Shown here: positions 51,900 to 64,000 of the stretch, piece after piece
How the letters are laid out: the number at the start of each line of letters is the position of its first letter
Numbering within the stretch: the first letter of the stretch is position 1
Assembly (NCBI GenBank): GCA_001938485.1
Contig: MQRK01217779.1
Coordinates: 16,907 to 80,906, forward strand
Direction of reading: 5' to 3'
DNA length: 64,000 nucleotides
Origin: Girardia tigrina
Lineage: Eukaryota
Notes under the pieces: model-generated
Database searches by the model: none
Told to the model about the DNA's origin: nothing
The model's input: the letters and a program-made list of their open reading frames with translations, nothing else
Translations under genes and position numbers: made by a program

Positions 51900-54442
51900 A
51901 TCAAGGTTGAGTTTCCTTCTAGTCTTTCTTTCACCTACAAGAATTCTACCACAGTGTTGTGAAGGTCAAACTTTTGCGATCATCTCAGCTGAAGTGGTTG
52001 TGCGATGAGATGAAACGTTCAAGTTGTATAAAGAATCAAGCCTCTCAGGAAGCATGCTGTGAGGAGTGAGTGTTACCGAAAACGATAATACTTTCAAAGT
52101 TACGTCGCTGTAGCGCTGTAGGAAGTACTTCAACTTCAATTACGATAAAGTATTTATAGCCCATTGCTCAGCACAGTCATCTGCAAAGCGCTGGATTCCT
52201 TCTGAAAACAAATTTCATGTTATTTTGACTCCTGCATTAATAAATGTTTCAATTTCTACTGTTCAAAAAAGAGTTAATATGTCTTGGGCTACTTTTTGTT
52301 CCACATCAAACCCCTCTCCAAAATAATTCTGTGCTGATTATACAATTTTGAGGCGCACAGTATCCGGATTTCTTGTAGTTGGCATATTTGTGTTAACAGC
52401 TCTTAAAATGAGTCTCTGTTTCCTGGGACTGTAGTTTCTCTTCCCTTCCACCAGGATAAGGGACCCTGGATATAAGGTCTAATTTACGACGTATCGAAGC
52501 TCTATTGCTTATAATCTCTGGTAGAATCAGATCGTCACGCTGTAACTGCTTTTGCAAATCTCGAAATATTTTCAAAACATCAACTTTAAGATCGCTAAGC
52601 CAAACTTAATGCGATTCATATGACCATGTCTTCAAATATCCCCTTGCTGTTGCTCTCTGTTTTTTTCAATTTGCCTTTAACTTCTAAAAACTTAAAAGCT
52701 TCCTTGGAGCCGTAGAGATTAGAAGAATGGCCATTAAAAGGTTTACTAAAAGCTCCGTAAATCAAACATCGTAATTAGCAGGGAAATAATTTGCCGTTGG
52801 TTGAAATTGATGCAAGATTTTCGGTGCCTTTTTAGACGTTTTGAAGAAGATAGCCAGATGAATCTCCGAAACGCCTGCTTCAATGCTTTTAAAAACGAGG
52901 TCAGTTCTGTGAACAGAACAAGAGACCGTCAATAGATCATGATGCAACCAGTTCTTCATAAGCTTCAGAAGCCACCTTAATAATCCTGTATAAGCTCTTT
53001 CGCTATCTCTTGTAACATCAATTAGCTTGGAATTTGTTGCAACTATGGTCTTAAGGGCCTGCTGAGTGCCCCAATATGCTGAGGTTCGTTGAAGACTTTG
53101 AAGACGTTCTTTACTTCACGCTCTTTTGTTACTTTTCTCACAGAGATTTACTTGTTATGCACCATTTTCCGATTGAAGTTGCTATCAACTTCTACGGCGT
53201 AAGCAAAACAATCATGTAGCTTAGAAGTGAGTTCCTTCTGAATTTCTCCAGCAACTATGAGTAGCATTTCTCGATAGCAGTTTGGGTCTTTGTAATGTAA
53301 TGTCAATGGGGGAGGTTGAAATTCCCCTAATGGAGAATTCATTTCTGTTGTAAAAACCAACTCTACAACATTTAAAAAATTATTTAAAATTCAAGAACTA
53401 AATTTATAAATTAATAAAATAAAAATTAATAAACCGCACAAATTCAAATTACAAAAGAAATCTGTTTAGTAGTGGAATATGGAGGATCAATTTGAAACTA
53501 CATCGTTTATAAATAAAAGTTTATCAAAAATTCTCGTACTCATTAAATAATACTTACAAAAGACTGTCAAGGCGGAGCAATCGAATAAATAGACTTTTAC
53601 TTCGATTAAAATAAAATGTTGGAAGAATCAGTTTGAACATCAACTTTTATCGTGTTAATAGTTTTACGATTTAGGTGCCGGTTATCTTGTCGCTAACGAA
53701 CGCATCGAACTCGATCAAGTCAAAAGTATTGCGGACGCAGTTACATACAACAATCCGTTCTGCATTAACTTCCTTTTCACGAAGAATGTTAATGATTTTG
53801 GTTGTGTATACTTGAGTTAAATACCTTGATGGAAAGTCGTGAAAAGAAGGAGTCGACAAACTCCACAACTTCTGCACTGTTTTTTGCAAACATTTCAGCC
53901 AATGGTCGCACTGCTGCCTTATAGAAGATTGACTCAAGGTAATTTATGACTGCCTTCACTTTTAGAGTTGTATCTGCATGACAGCCATAAGCCAATGTAA
54001 TTGTGAGCAAACTTGCAAGCTACATTCACAAACTTTTCACACGCTCTAAATTTCATATATTGTGTTTTACGTTTCCCTTCAGCAAGTGCAAACATAAATG
54101 CTTCCAAGCAGTCGTTACTATTTTCTAATTACCATTTTACGTTCACTTTTCTCTGCTTGTACCATTCCATAGTATTGTGAGAAGTGCTGATAATGGATTC
54201 TGCTGTTGCGAAGGGGCCAATATGCGTATATTTAGTTCAATCATTTGCTAGAACAGCGAAGTTAAAATCTTCTGTTGTTGTAAAAGCATCAGATTATGAT
54301 CACAAGAAATAGAAAGGTAGTTTTAAAAATCGATTTAAAAAAATTGCCCCCTAGTCTATTACTTTTACCTTGGACTGGAAGGCATTTTTGGTCACTGGGG
54401 GGGCAAGCCCCCCCCCAGTCAATATGTTTAAAAAGGGCCCTG
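51900..54442 (-). mobile_element. Decayed hAT transposon (ZNF862-like), one terminus at 54442
   Basis: Terminus CAGGGCCCTTTTT (minus strand) with G/C-run subterminal region; ORF pieces AYAVEVDSN and SCSVHRTDL (CxxH). The other terminus was not found. Confidence 0.7.
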
Positions 54443-55112
54443 CAACACATTATATCACATTATATTACTATTTAAACAGTTACAAAACTAATTTCCAATT
54501 ATAAATAAATTATATTGATCTTTTTTAAAAAGGAATAAAACTAAAATATTTTGTTAACTTTATACAATATTATACATAATTTTTCAAAAATATATTTAAT
54601 AAATATATTTATTAAAAAATAATTATGAAATATGCAAATTAGAGTAATGCTTTCGGCAAAAATATAATTCTAAAGAAATTTTACGATTACTTTTCTTATT
54701 AGAATAGTTACATATAAATTTTATATTTAATACAAAAATGATAATATTATCAAAACAAAAAGTTCAGTTTATTAAATTAACTATTAGTAAACACGTCAAA
54801 AATGGATTATCTGCGATTATTTCCTTCCGAACTCAGGTCTAATTCTTAATTTATCAATCACAATATTTATTTATTAATATAAAAAAGAAATAAATACATG
54901 ACTAAATTTCCATATGGGGAATAACGAATAAATAACATCATTACAGACATTTATTAAATCCTAAATATTCACAGCATGTTTCATTGCTAATTGATTGAAA
55001 CGAACGAAACATTATGATACCGGCTAAATAATAAATATCCAGAATAAAATTATATAAATATGTAGATAGTAAGTGATTTAATAATTTTTATGTTTTGTAT
55101 AATTTATATATA
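54443..55112 (-). repeat. Inverted copy of 3689-4363
   Basis: Direct sequence comparison. Confidence 0.95.
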
Positions 55113-55569
55113 CATAAATTAATTATTTTAACTAACTTCAGAAGAAGCTTCATATATCATTACACTCTTAGAAAATATTAGTTTCTACATTTAGAAAATA
55201 TTAGTTTATATATATGACGAAGACCTGAATAAAAATATATTTTAAAATATTTTGACATTACTCCAACTATTAATTTAAGCAAACGTATTTATTAATAATT
55301 TAATAAATCCATATAAAATCACACCACAATATATAAATTATTATTTTTCATATAGAAATTTAAAAAAAATTTACAAAAAAGGTAAGTGTAAATTTAAGTA
55401 TAAAAAACATTAATTTTTTTAAACTTTATTACCTTTTTTGAAAAATGTTTAGAGTACTTTTTATAATTTTCACTCATTCTAGTTTATTATATTTTCCTTG
55501 TTTCAACGAAGTCACCTATACTGACATACCCCACTATTTGGTTTTATACAATACACCTTCCTGCATCAC

Positions 55570-56655
55570 ACGGACACCACTACATTATAACCATGCTTGA
55601 AAGGAACACCAGGTTGTCCGGAGCCTTTCGAATCAGAACCATAGCCCTTGAAACAATTTTGGAGATATTTGTGAACAACTGGATCTCACGACTTGGTATT
55701 CCGAAGAGAGTCATCCCAGACCAAGGGCGCCAGTTTGAATTGGACATATTCAATGACCCTATCAAGCGATTGGGCATCCAAAAAATCAGAACCACTGCGT
55801 ACCATCCCAAACCAACGGTTTGATAGAACGATTTCACTGCACCTTAAAGAATTCATTCCGGACGTTGGCGTAATCACACCAATGATCAAAACAGCAACTA
55901 TTCATACTTTTAGGATAGAAGAACATTCCCCACAGTAGATACGGAATTTCACCGTCTCAGTTGCTCTTCGGTACCAACAACTCGCTCAACAATGAGCTAA
56001 TCTTCAATGAGGCACCATCCAACTATAAAATGCTCATCCCTGCGAGAGACCACTTCACTCAAGCTTATAGATTCTACCCATTCTTGGGGTCAGCACATCT
56101 TCATCCCTAAAGTTCGTGTAGTTGCAAAGTTCGTACCTATCGCAAAGTTCGTGTAGTTGCAAAAGGAAGCAGCGTCCTCCCTAGAAAGACGCTTTACGGG
56201 ACCACACAAACTCCTGGACATAATACTCGTCAGCAACACGATTAAAGTCCTGGTCAACGGTAGAGAACTCACTATAAATATCTGCGAACTCAAGTCGTGC
56301 CTACACTTGGAGGATTCCATCCGAGATGAGCACAAAACCACTGCAAGATATCAATAACCCTAACACGAAACAGAAGCATACATCATCCAACGACAACAAA
56401 AAACAAATGAAGAGCACACCAGCCGCGAACACCACTGGAAAGCCATCTAGATCGTTAGCCCAAAACGTTTCCTTGATGATACCAAGTAAAAACACGTACA
56501 ACAACAACATCCACCACATCTAAAAACCACACACACAGCTGCACCAATGATAGTCACCACAATCTCAACACGTGCACCAATAACAACGACATTCACTTCA
56601 CCTACAATTCCACACACCACAACAACAACAATAATAATTATCTTAGTGAGGGCAA
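55570..56655 (+). mobile_element. Ty3/gypsy integrase remnant with low-complexity tail
   Basis: NWISRLGIPKRVIPDQGRQFE...RTTAYHPK; LERRFTGPH (GPY/F-like motif). Confidence 0.75.
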
Positions 56656-57364
56656 ATTTTTATTTATTTATATATCCAACATTAACTGATCAAATAGCTT
56701 TCCTATTATCCTTTTCTCAATTTCATAGATGCGTTTTACTTCAAACTGCAAATGGACATAAGATTCGGAATCATTTCTGACTATTCAAATATGCTGACAA
56801 TTAAAAAATTGCATAGACAGAATACTTTATAATAAATGATTGAAATAAAGCTGTAAAAGAAGAACTCAAAGAAATGATGAAATAATACCACAATAAAAAT
56901 AAATTCCATCTTGATTACCTACTTGAGTTTGACCTTTTGTGAATTACTTTAATTAATATACTTGGATATTAAATGTATATAATAAAAAAGCGCTTATCTA
57001 AACTAATTTTTTCGTCAGCAACAAATCAATTAAAAAAGGCATCAAAATCCCAAAAATAAATTACCAAAAATACCTTTAATAAACATTAATATGGAACATA
57101 AACCATAAATTTATAACCTTGTGTCATTTATTTTTTGCGACCTGATAAAGATTAAATTATCTTTCGTTTTTTTTTCACTTACAAAAAAATGATTATTTTC
57201 TTTCCTTTTAATCTTTTTATTTACTTTGTTCTTGATAAATATTGGTTAAAGTAGAATTTATAATAAATGATTTTTAAACAAAATATAAATAACTTAATTT
57301 TAAACTTTTATTTAAATAAGAATTGTTAATAGAAAACTAATAAATTCGAATTAATATTCTAATA

Positions 57365-58498
57365 TTTTTTCAGTTTAAACATTTCACCATACTCAAAACT
57401 AGTTTAAAATTTAATTAGGAAACTGTTCATTGAATGCTTCAATAAAAAGACTAATCACACGGAAAATATATTCTCTCTAAAATGGTAAATCGATCAGTGT
57501 TTTTTTAATTGTCACCATTAACTCAACGCAAAAAAACAAATGAATTGAAATGAAAATTTTCGCCATCACAGAACCTGGCAACGAAAATCCGTTTAAAATT
57601 TGCTATCAAAAGCTTCAAGAAATAGTATAGAACTCCAAGTGAACAGAAACCCAACATTAAAAATTAACCCACGTTCTCTCAAAATCCATTTCACTTACAA
57701 ATATATTAATATTTAAATGCAAAATTTTATTTTAAAATGCTTTTTATTTTTAAAATAAGTCTCAAATATTAAAATTATGACTTCTCGATAAATTATTTTT
57801 GATTCTTTTAATTTTATTTATTGTAATTTTCTGAAAAAAACACGTTAAAGTTAAAATTATCAAATAACGAGTTTATTATAATTTGTTAAATTTTATTATC
57901 AAAATGACATAATAGTACTTTTGTAATAAATTTCCAATAAGCGAAAAAAAAATATATTTTAATAAAATTCTTAACAATTCGATAACTATTTATTCCATTA
58001 AACGAAATTCCATCCGATCGATTTAATTAATCCCAAAAAATATTTTTGTTTGAAATTATCAACGATTATTTTCCGCATTTCGTGCGAATTCAAATCCAAG
58101 TTGTCAATGACTATCGCCAGAGATCATTCCCAATCACATTTTTAATGGGTAAATTTCAATTTTGTTAAATTTAATTAAATTTAGATAATTTTCTAAATGT
58201 AAAAATGTTTTTTTATAAAAAAAATTTTTCTTTGTAAATATCTCTAAATTATTTTTTTTAATTAAATAATTATTTAATTATTTAATTAAATTTTAATAAG
58301 TTATTGTAAATTCATAAATTATCCTGCAAACAACTTGAAAGGAATCATAAAATTTATGTTGGGTTTATGTTCACTTGGAGTTCAGTATTATTTCTTGGAG
58401 TTTTTGACAGCAAATTTTAAACGGATTTTCGTTGCCAGTTGCTTAATTAAATTTTGAATTAGTTTTGAGTTTGTCGGAATGTTTAAACCGAAAAAATC
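57365..58498. mobile_element. Foldback/MITE with ~140-bp imperfect inverted arms
   Basis: 57576-57657 pairs with 58357-58438 and 57365-57425 pairs with 58436-58498; the left arm carries a ~150-bp insertion. Confidence 0.65.
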
Positions 58499-58822
58499 TT
58501 TTTAAATAAAAACTAGTAAATCAAAAATATTTTATGTCCATTCTTTATGCGGGCAGAAGTCTACTTGACAAACATATTTTTTTTATTTTATGTAGAAGGG
58601 AAAATCACTATTACATTTTTTAATAAATTAATTACATTATTAGTAACTATTTAAATCTTTGTAGAAGGGAAATTTCATACAAATAATTATAAAAAAATAA
58701 AAAATAATGTCATTAAGTTAAATTAAAGAAAAAAGACAAATAAAAAATATATTTACTAATTATAAATAAATTTAAATACAATCGGCGATTTATCAAATAA
58801 AAATTTTTGAAGCCAATTAAAG

Positions 58823-58860
58823 TTTATTAATTTTGACGGTTTTACCGTCATCGTCAGAAA
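58823..58860 (-). ncRNA. Degenerate minimal hammerhead ribozyme (Penelope type; G12 mutated to A)
   Basis: Minus strand: UUU-CUGACGA-U-GACGG-UAAAA-CCGUC-AAAA-UUAA-UA-AA; palindromic stem III AUUAAU; same layout as 3503-3544. Confidence 0.65.
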
Positions 58861-58868
58861 AAAAATGA

Positions 58869-60180
58869 TTTTTTTTTCAAATGAAAGTTACGTATATAGT
58901 GCACTTAGTTTGTCATTGAGCAAAAGTGCCCGGTTGGTACATAAATAAATTCGCCACATGTATCGGCCCGAAGGCGTCCTTTACACCGGCCCTGGTTTCC
59001 ACAGGGGTTCTTTCACTAGCGGCCTACCTCCACACCCATCACTTGGATGAACGTTTCCGCCAAGCCCGACACTTTCACTCACTGCATCCTTAATAACTCA
59101 TCATCGAAGGTCAAGTCTTCCTCCAATGATGAGTTTTCTTCATCCTCCGATGAATCTCCACTCCTCGTCCTATCTAGATTGAAGACTAACTCATCGTCAG
59201 ATGGATCATTTGATCCTTTTTGATCCTCAACACATTATACTCCCCCCTGTGGCACTCCTACTCTGTATCTATAAGATTGTACGAGTGCTTCTAGGGTGGT
59301 TGGATCAAATTCTTCTACACCCTCAGGAATAGCATGTTCATATTCCATCTCTTCCATCGCTAACATGCCTTCCTGAGGTTCTTGGATCTCTTCTACAATA
59401 ATCTTATTTATTCTCTGTATCCCGCTTGGGACTATACCATCACGGTGATAAGACCATTGTGCTGCTGAGTATTTCACATTCGATACTGAGCAGCCAATTG
59501 CAATCTGTCTTATCACCTTTGGTGGGATCTTTAGAGTTGTCAGTATGTCAGTGCTCCTTTTCGGCTACGTCCCTAGGCACCATACCTGGAGGGTGAGCAC
59601 TGTCACAGTCGTCTCTGGCATTGCTGCCCTGAAAGCAACAGCTAGAACCTCGTAATGATCGAGGTTCATTTGGTTGCTATTCTCCATGTTCTTCTTCGTG
59701 TCATACGGACACTTGACATCTATCAGGTATAAGATCTGCGATCCTGGGACGTATACCTGAAGATCAACCCGGAGTGTAGATGGAGCATATCTACACTCAA
59801 CATTTATGTCGACTTTGCAGTCTAAATATTGAGTTATTTGCTCCCCTATACAATAAAGGACCGAGTTGGGCCTGTAGTTCCAGAACCCTTCACTGTACAT
59901 ACATCCTGTAAGTACATGGACCAAGGTTTCTTTGTTATGAGAGCACCTACGACAGTGTCCCCTGTTCTTAGTAATACCCGGTCGGTAGTTAACAGGCACT
60001 GTGTAGGTCATTGCCTTGTGGTAAAAGTACCACTCGCTATAATTCAACTTCCCGCAATAGTCAGCGCTGTGGAAGCTAAATTGTGGATTGCAAGCTTCTT
60101 GCAATCCGTCCAGTGCTGCATTGTATGTTCCATTTATGTGTCCAAGATTTCTCCACCAATCTTCTTAGTGTCTTCGACAC
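58869..60180 (-). mobile_element. 5'-truncated RLE-type (NeSL/R5-like) non-LTR retrotransposon with structured 3' UTR and short poly(A)
   Basis: CRRCSHNKETLVHVLTGC knuckle and RVDLQ...LIDVKCPYD endonuclease. One frame 60104-59079 with two internal stops; A9 tail at 58869-58877. Confidence 0.85.
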
Positions 60181-60196
60181 TAATATCATTAGTATA

Positions 60197-60655
60197 TCAT
60201 TTAAAAACTCCCAATAAAGTTGTCAAGTATACAATTTGAACGTTAATTTTAGGATCCAAACATCTTATATATAAAGCTTCATGTGTCTCTCTCTCCCAAC
60301 CTTGCAACACTAATAACAAAAGTGTATAAATAGGATAAGTTTTAAATGTACCATATTCAGAGAGGTTTAAAATATTTAAAAATTTTATTTTGAAAGCCTT
60401 AGATAATGCTAAAGTTTAGAAGTAATATACCATCCCAAAAAATGAAAGAATGTTCTGCAATAAATCTGTAATGCCGTCAAGATTGGATCTCACTTATCAA
60501 TATACATGTAATGAGAGTAACGCCACAAACATTCGAGAGAATTGATGTATTCTCCGCAAGAGAATCCAGGAAAACAGTCCTAATGAAGGTGGAAGTAACA
60601 TTGTCGGACATGTCAGACATTGCAAAGAAGAAATAAATTCACAACACTTTAAAAC
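60197..60655. mobile_element. Penelope-like GIY-YIG remnant with 5' inversion
   Basis: Minus 60325-60197: RETHEALYIRCLDPKINVQ...GVFK*. Plus ~60345-60655: DLTYQYTCNESNATNIRE...LRKRIQE...SNIVGHVRHC...HFK (degenerate GIY-YIG). Confidence 0.65.
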
Positions 60656-62563
60656 TCAACACACTCATTTAAAAATTATTGGGAGATTAAGTATATGGAT
60701 GAGGTTAAAAATTCTTAATTTAATATTCTTAATTTATTCTTAAATGATTATTATTTGAAGTTAAGTATTTTTTTTATTTCGATGATCGTGATTTAAATCA
60801 TTTAAGATTGAAAAATAAATTTACAACTGTGGTGCTTTGATTTTCCGGCCGTGAAAAAAAACTCGAATTAAAGATTAAATTATTATAAAAAATTTTAATT
60901 TATTAGTTTTTAAATTATGTCGAACACGCTGTAGTTTTTTTTAAATACATTATTATTAGAGAGTCTTTTCTGTATTTTGCTATCATCAATTTTACGATTC
61001 CTTAAATATTAATTGAACTTAACGTTTGACATTAAAACTCAACAATGGTTTCTTCGGACGATTGTGCCAAAGTTCCACAACGCATTTCGACAGACTTCAA
61101 AATGAAATCAACTCACCATGACCAAAACCTTGCTGATCATAAACTACAATCAAGGGTTCGAGCTGGTTATAATGTGGCTTTTGCGAGGGAAGCCCATTTC
61201 GTTCCTCCACCGTTTTTTTCAGCGAGCATCCACTCCCTCATACCCCGATCAAGTTGTACGGGACACTCTTGTTGATCAGTTTGCGAGGATCGTTCCCGTG
61301 ATTGCCATCTGCCCGGTTACCGTCCGGTCCCGCCGCGTTTTTCTCGGACACAAAGTTGTGACGAGGGTCCACGTCAACCGAGACCAGCAGAGCGAATACA
61401 GGGACACCCTGGGGTTTCACGATTATGTGATTTGGCATACTGTTACATTATACTGTTACTTATATTAAATATAAGTTTAAAATTTAATAATTGATGTTAA
61501 ACGAAAGCCAACCATTCAATATATATATTTTTTTAGACACAGATCACTTACTAGTTATTTAATCCACGTGTATATTGTGTAATTGATTGCATGAAATCAT
61601 GCTAATGAAAAATTCACAGTAAACTGGTTGAGACTGCCGTCTGAACACTGTTTATCGGCAACGCTACCTATTTCATAAAGCTTCCCATCCCACTCTCACA
61701 ATAACTATCAAAATGGTAACACAAAATCTTGAAATTATCAATATAATTATCACATTTACATTTTTCTTATTTTAAGCAATAAATTATTTATTATTAAAGT
61801 GTAAGTTGCGTTGATATCATTTTCGATATTTCAATTTGGATTCATAATTGTCAAAACTTTTTTATTAGCACACATTAATAATCTTTATTTCGAACAAATT
61901 TTCAACTTTCTTTTATAATCAATTCTCCGACATTTTCTTAAAATCGAATTCTGATTAAACTTCTCAAAACTGAAACGTAAAAATAATATTTAAATCGATT
62001 AGAATTTATTCTTAAATAATAAAAATTTAAAAAATAAACAATTCTTTACAAAATATTTAAAATATTTTTTAATTTAAAATTAATTCAAATTATTTTAAAA
62101 TAATATTTATTTTAAAAGTTAGGTAAACATTTTGTTCTACCATATTAAAAATCAATTATAGCTCAAATTGATTATTTCAAGAAATTATAGTCACCAAATA
62201 AAGTAAAAAGGAAATGTCGATAATCTGAAAAAATATTTATTATTAAATTAAATATAAAAAATGTGGCCATTTGTCGCTACACAACACTAGATCAATTTTG
62301 GGGTTCAGATAGTATCTACTTTAGTGGTGCAGCTAATATTACTCTGATCATAGCACTATTTTTCTTAGATAAAAATTATTTTGAAAAAATTGATTTTTCA
62401 AAACTTTTGCTTTCATGAAAAATAATGATAAATCATTACAAAAATATTAGCAGAGAAAAAATTTAAAAAATGTTTTGATCTGAGGGAAAATAAAATATTT
62501 TAGAATAATAAAATAACTCGATTTGGTTTAGTATAAATTAATCTCACATTAATCTTTTTTTAG

Positions 62564-62659
62564 GTAAAATCAGTTGTTTCCACTGCACGAGGAAATGTAA
62601 AGGCGATGTGCTGAAAGTAGGCGACAAGTATTTCCATAAAGAATGTTTCACTTGTAAAA
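62564..62659 (+). CDS. LIM-domain exon of an actin-binding LIM protein (abLIM/UNC-115-like)
   Basis: Poly-T-AG acceptor; KISCFHCTRKCKGDVLKVGDKYFHKECFTCK, resembling the first LIM domain of abLIM (CKGEVLRV...FHxKCFTCK); GT donor 62660; 96 nt, phase 1/1. Confidence 0.85.
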
Positions 62660-63071
62660 GTAAACTTAAAATTTTATTTGTAATTATAAAAAAATAGTAG
62701 ATTTTTTACTATTTTTTGATAACTTTAATAACAAAAATAATTGATATCGAAATAAATGTAAAAAAAATAAATCAAAATACATGAACAAGTTTTATTTTAA
62801 TTAATAAAAAATATAAAAAAATATGAAATTAAATTATAATATTTTAAATGGAATTTATTTTTAACAAGAATGTTTTCTTTTAAAACAAGAGTTATTCCTA
62901 CTAATAAATACCATCCACGTTCACTGTCTTCTTTGATCTTTATGATTTGAGTCAAAATATCATGCCTATGCTTTCCAATCGAAAATTCTTTATATGCTTC
63001 TTTGAATTCATTGAATAACTTCAATTGACGTCCTTCATAAAGTGCTGCATTAAGCCAAACGACTAATACTA

Positions 63072-64000
63072 ACGGGTGCGCAGGGAAAATCTGGACAAAT
63101 TTTAAACCACCATTGTGAAAAGACGAAATAAAATTTCCAGCAGCTGTTTATATTTTATTGAAGGCAAAATGTAAAGAACAAAAAATGTTTACAGAATAAT
63201 TGAAAGTGGTCCGTCTCTATACACAACACGAAGGCGTTTCTTAATCCCTTTGAAGTCCTTCCGCAACGTGGACTGATCCATTGTTTTCAACATTTTCTTA
63301 ATCCGTTGCTGTAGTTGAGGGATTGTTTGAGCCTCCCTCATACACTTTCGCCTTTAGAGTGCATAAAAGTTCTCAATGGGGCGGCAGTGTGGGACGTTGG
63401 GAGGATTACACTCCTTGTCAACAGAGGGGATGTTGAGATGATGGAGAAGTTTGAGAGTGCTGTTGGCATAATGTGCAGAAGCCAGGTCCGGCCACAAGAG
63501 AATTTCGACATCTCGATGATATTTCTTGATAAACTTCATCAGACCTTGTCTGATGCACTGCTCTTGATAGAAATCCGCATGTACACTGTTTGGCCGCTGC
63601 AAAAATATAGGATCACTGATGTGGTCTGCGGAGACACAAAGCCAAACCATCAACTGAACAGGGAACTTTCTTTCTGTTCTATATTTGACGTGTTCAGGAG
63701 CAGATTGAGGACTCGAAGTAAAGTAGTGATCATTTCCTGGTAGATAATCACATTTCAACTTGAAGTAGCTCTCATCGTCCATGATGATTTTTTATCACTC
63801 AAACTTCGGAGTAATTTCCCTGCTCTCAGCTTCACTCGCTTTACTTGCTCCTCTGTGTACTGAGAAGCCTTCTTTCTCTTTCGGCATTTTAGACTGCCTT
63901 CCTTGATAATATTCCTCATCGTCGTGGCACAGATACCATACTTGCTGGCTTCACGTATGAGAGATACACCACGCTTTGTTTGAATCCATCTCCGAATACT
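63072..64000 (-). mobile_element. ITmD37E-type transposon (runs off the window end)
   Basis: MDDESYF...WPDLASAHYA...NPPNVPHCRPIE; 37 residues between the second D and the E; frameshifted. Confidence 0.8.

Noticed and set aside
3689-55112. The inverted pair as TIRs of one 51-kb giant transposon (e.g. Polinton)
   Set aside because: The interior holds a spliced host gene fragment and unrelated TEs, with no polymerase or capsid genes and no TSD at the outer ends.

Overview
AT-rich, repeat-dense eukaryotic (animal) genomic scaffold with many N gaps. The composition and transposon repertoire suggest a freshwater flatworm such as a planarian, but this is inference. Host genes: (1) the 3' seven exons of a GAF-domain cyclic-nucleotide phosphodiesterase of the PDE5/PDE11 family (+ strand, 16600-42479, all GT-AG with consistent phases, 417 aa from mid GAF-B to the stop; 5' exons not found in the window); (2) one LIM-domain exon of an abLIM/UNC-115-like gene (62564-62659). 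Most of the rest is transposon-derived: two structurally complete Ty3/gypsy LTR elements (31071-35180; 46289-51411 with a 5-bp TSD) and several truncated relatives, four mariners, a rosa-like and an ITmD37E element, two hAT remnants, Chapaev3, Merlin, a probable Helitron, MITEs, a decayed LINE, two RLE-type (R2/NeSL-group) non-LTR remnants, and two Penelope-like 3' ends, each with a minimal hammerhead ribozyme motif. Most notable: an RLE non-LTR element inserted between a Penelope ORF stop and its hammerhead; gypsy elements whose gag AUG is formed by the last LTR base plus the tRNA primer-binding site, with TG...TA termini and an in-phase G GGA AAC -1 frameshift signal; an intronless RNF14-like RBR ligase pseudogene inside a PDE intron; and a ~675-bp inverted duplication 50 kb apart with one breakpoint exactly at a hAT terminus.
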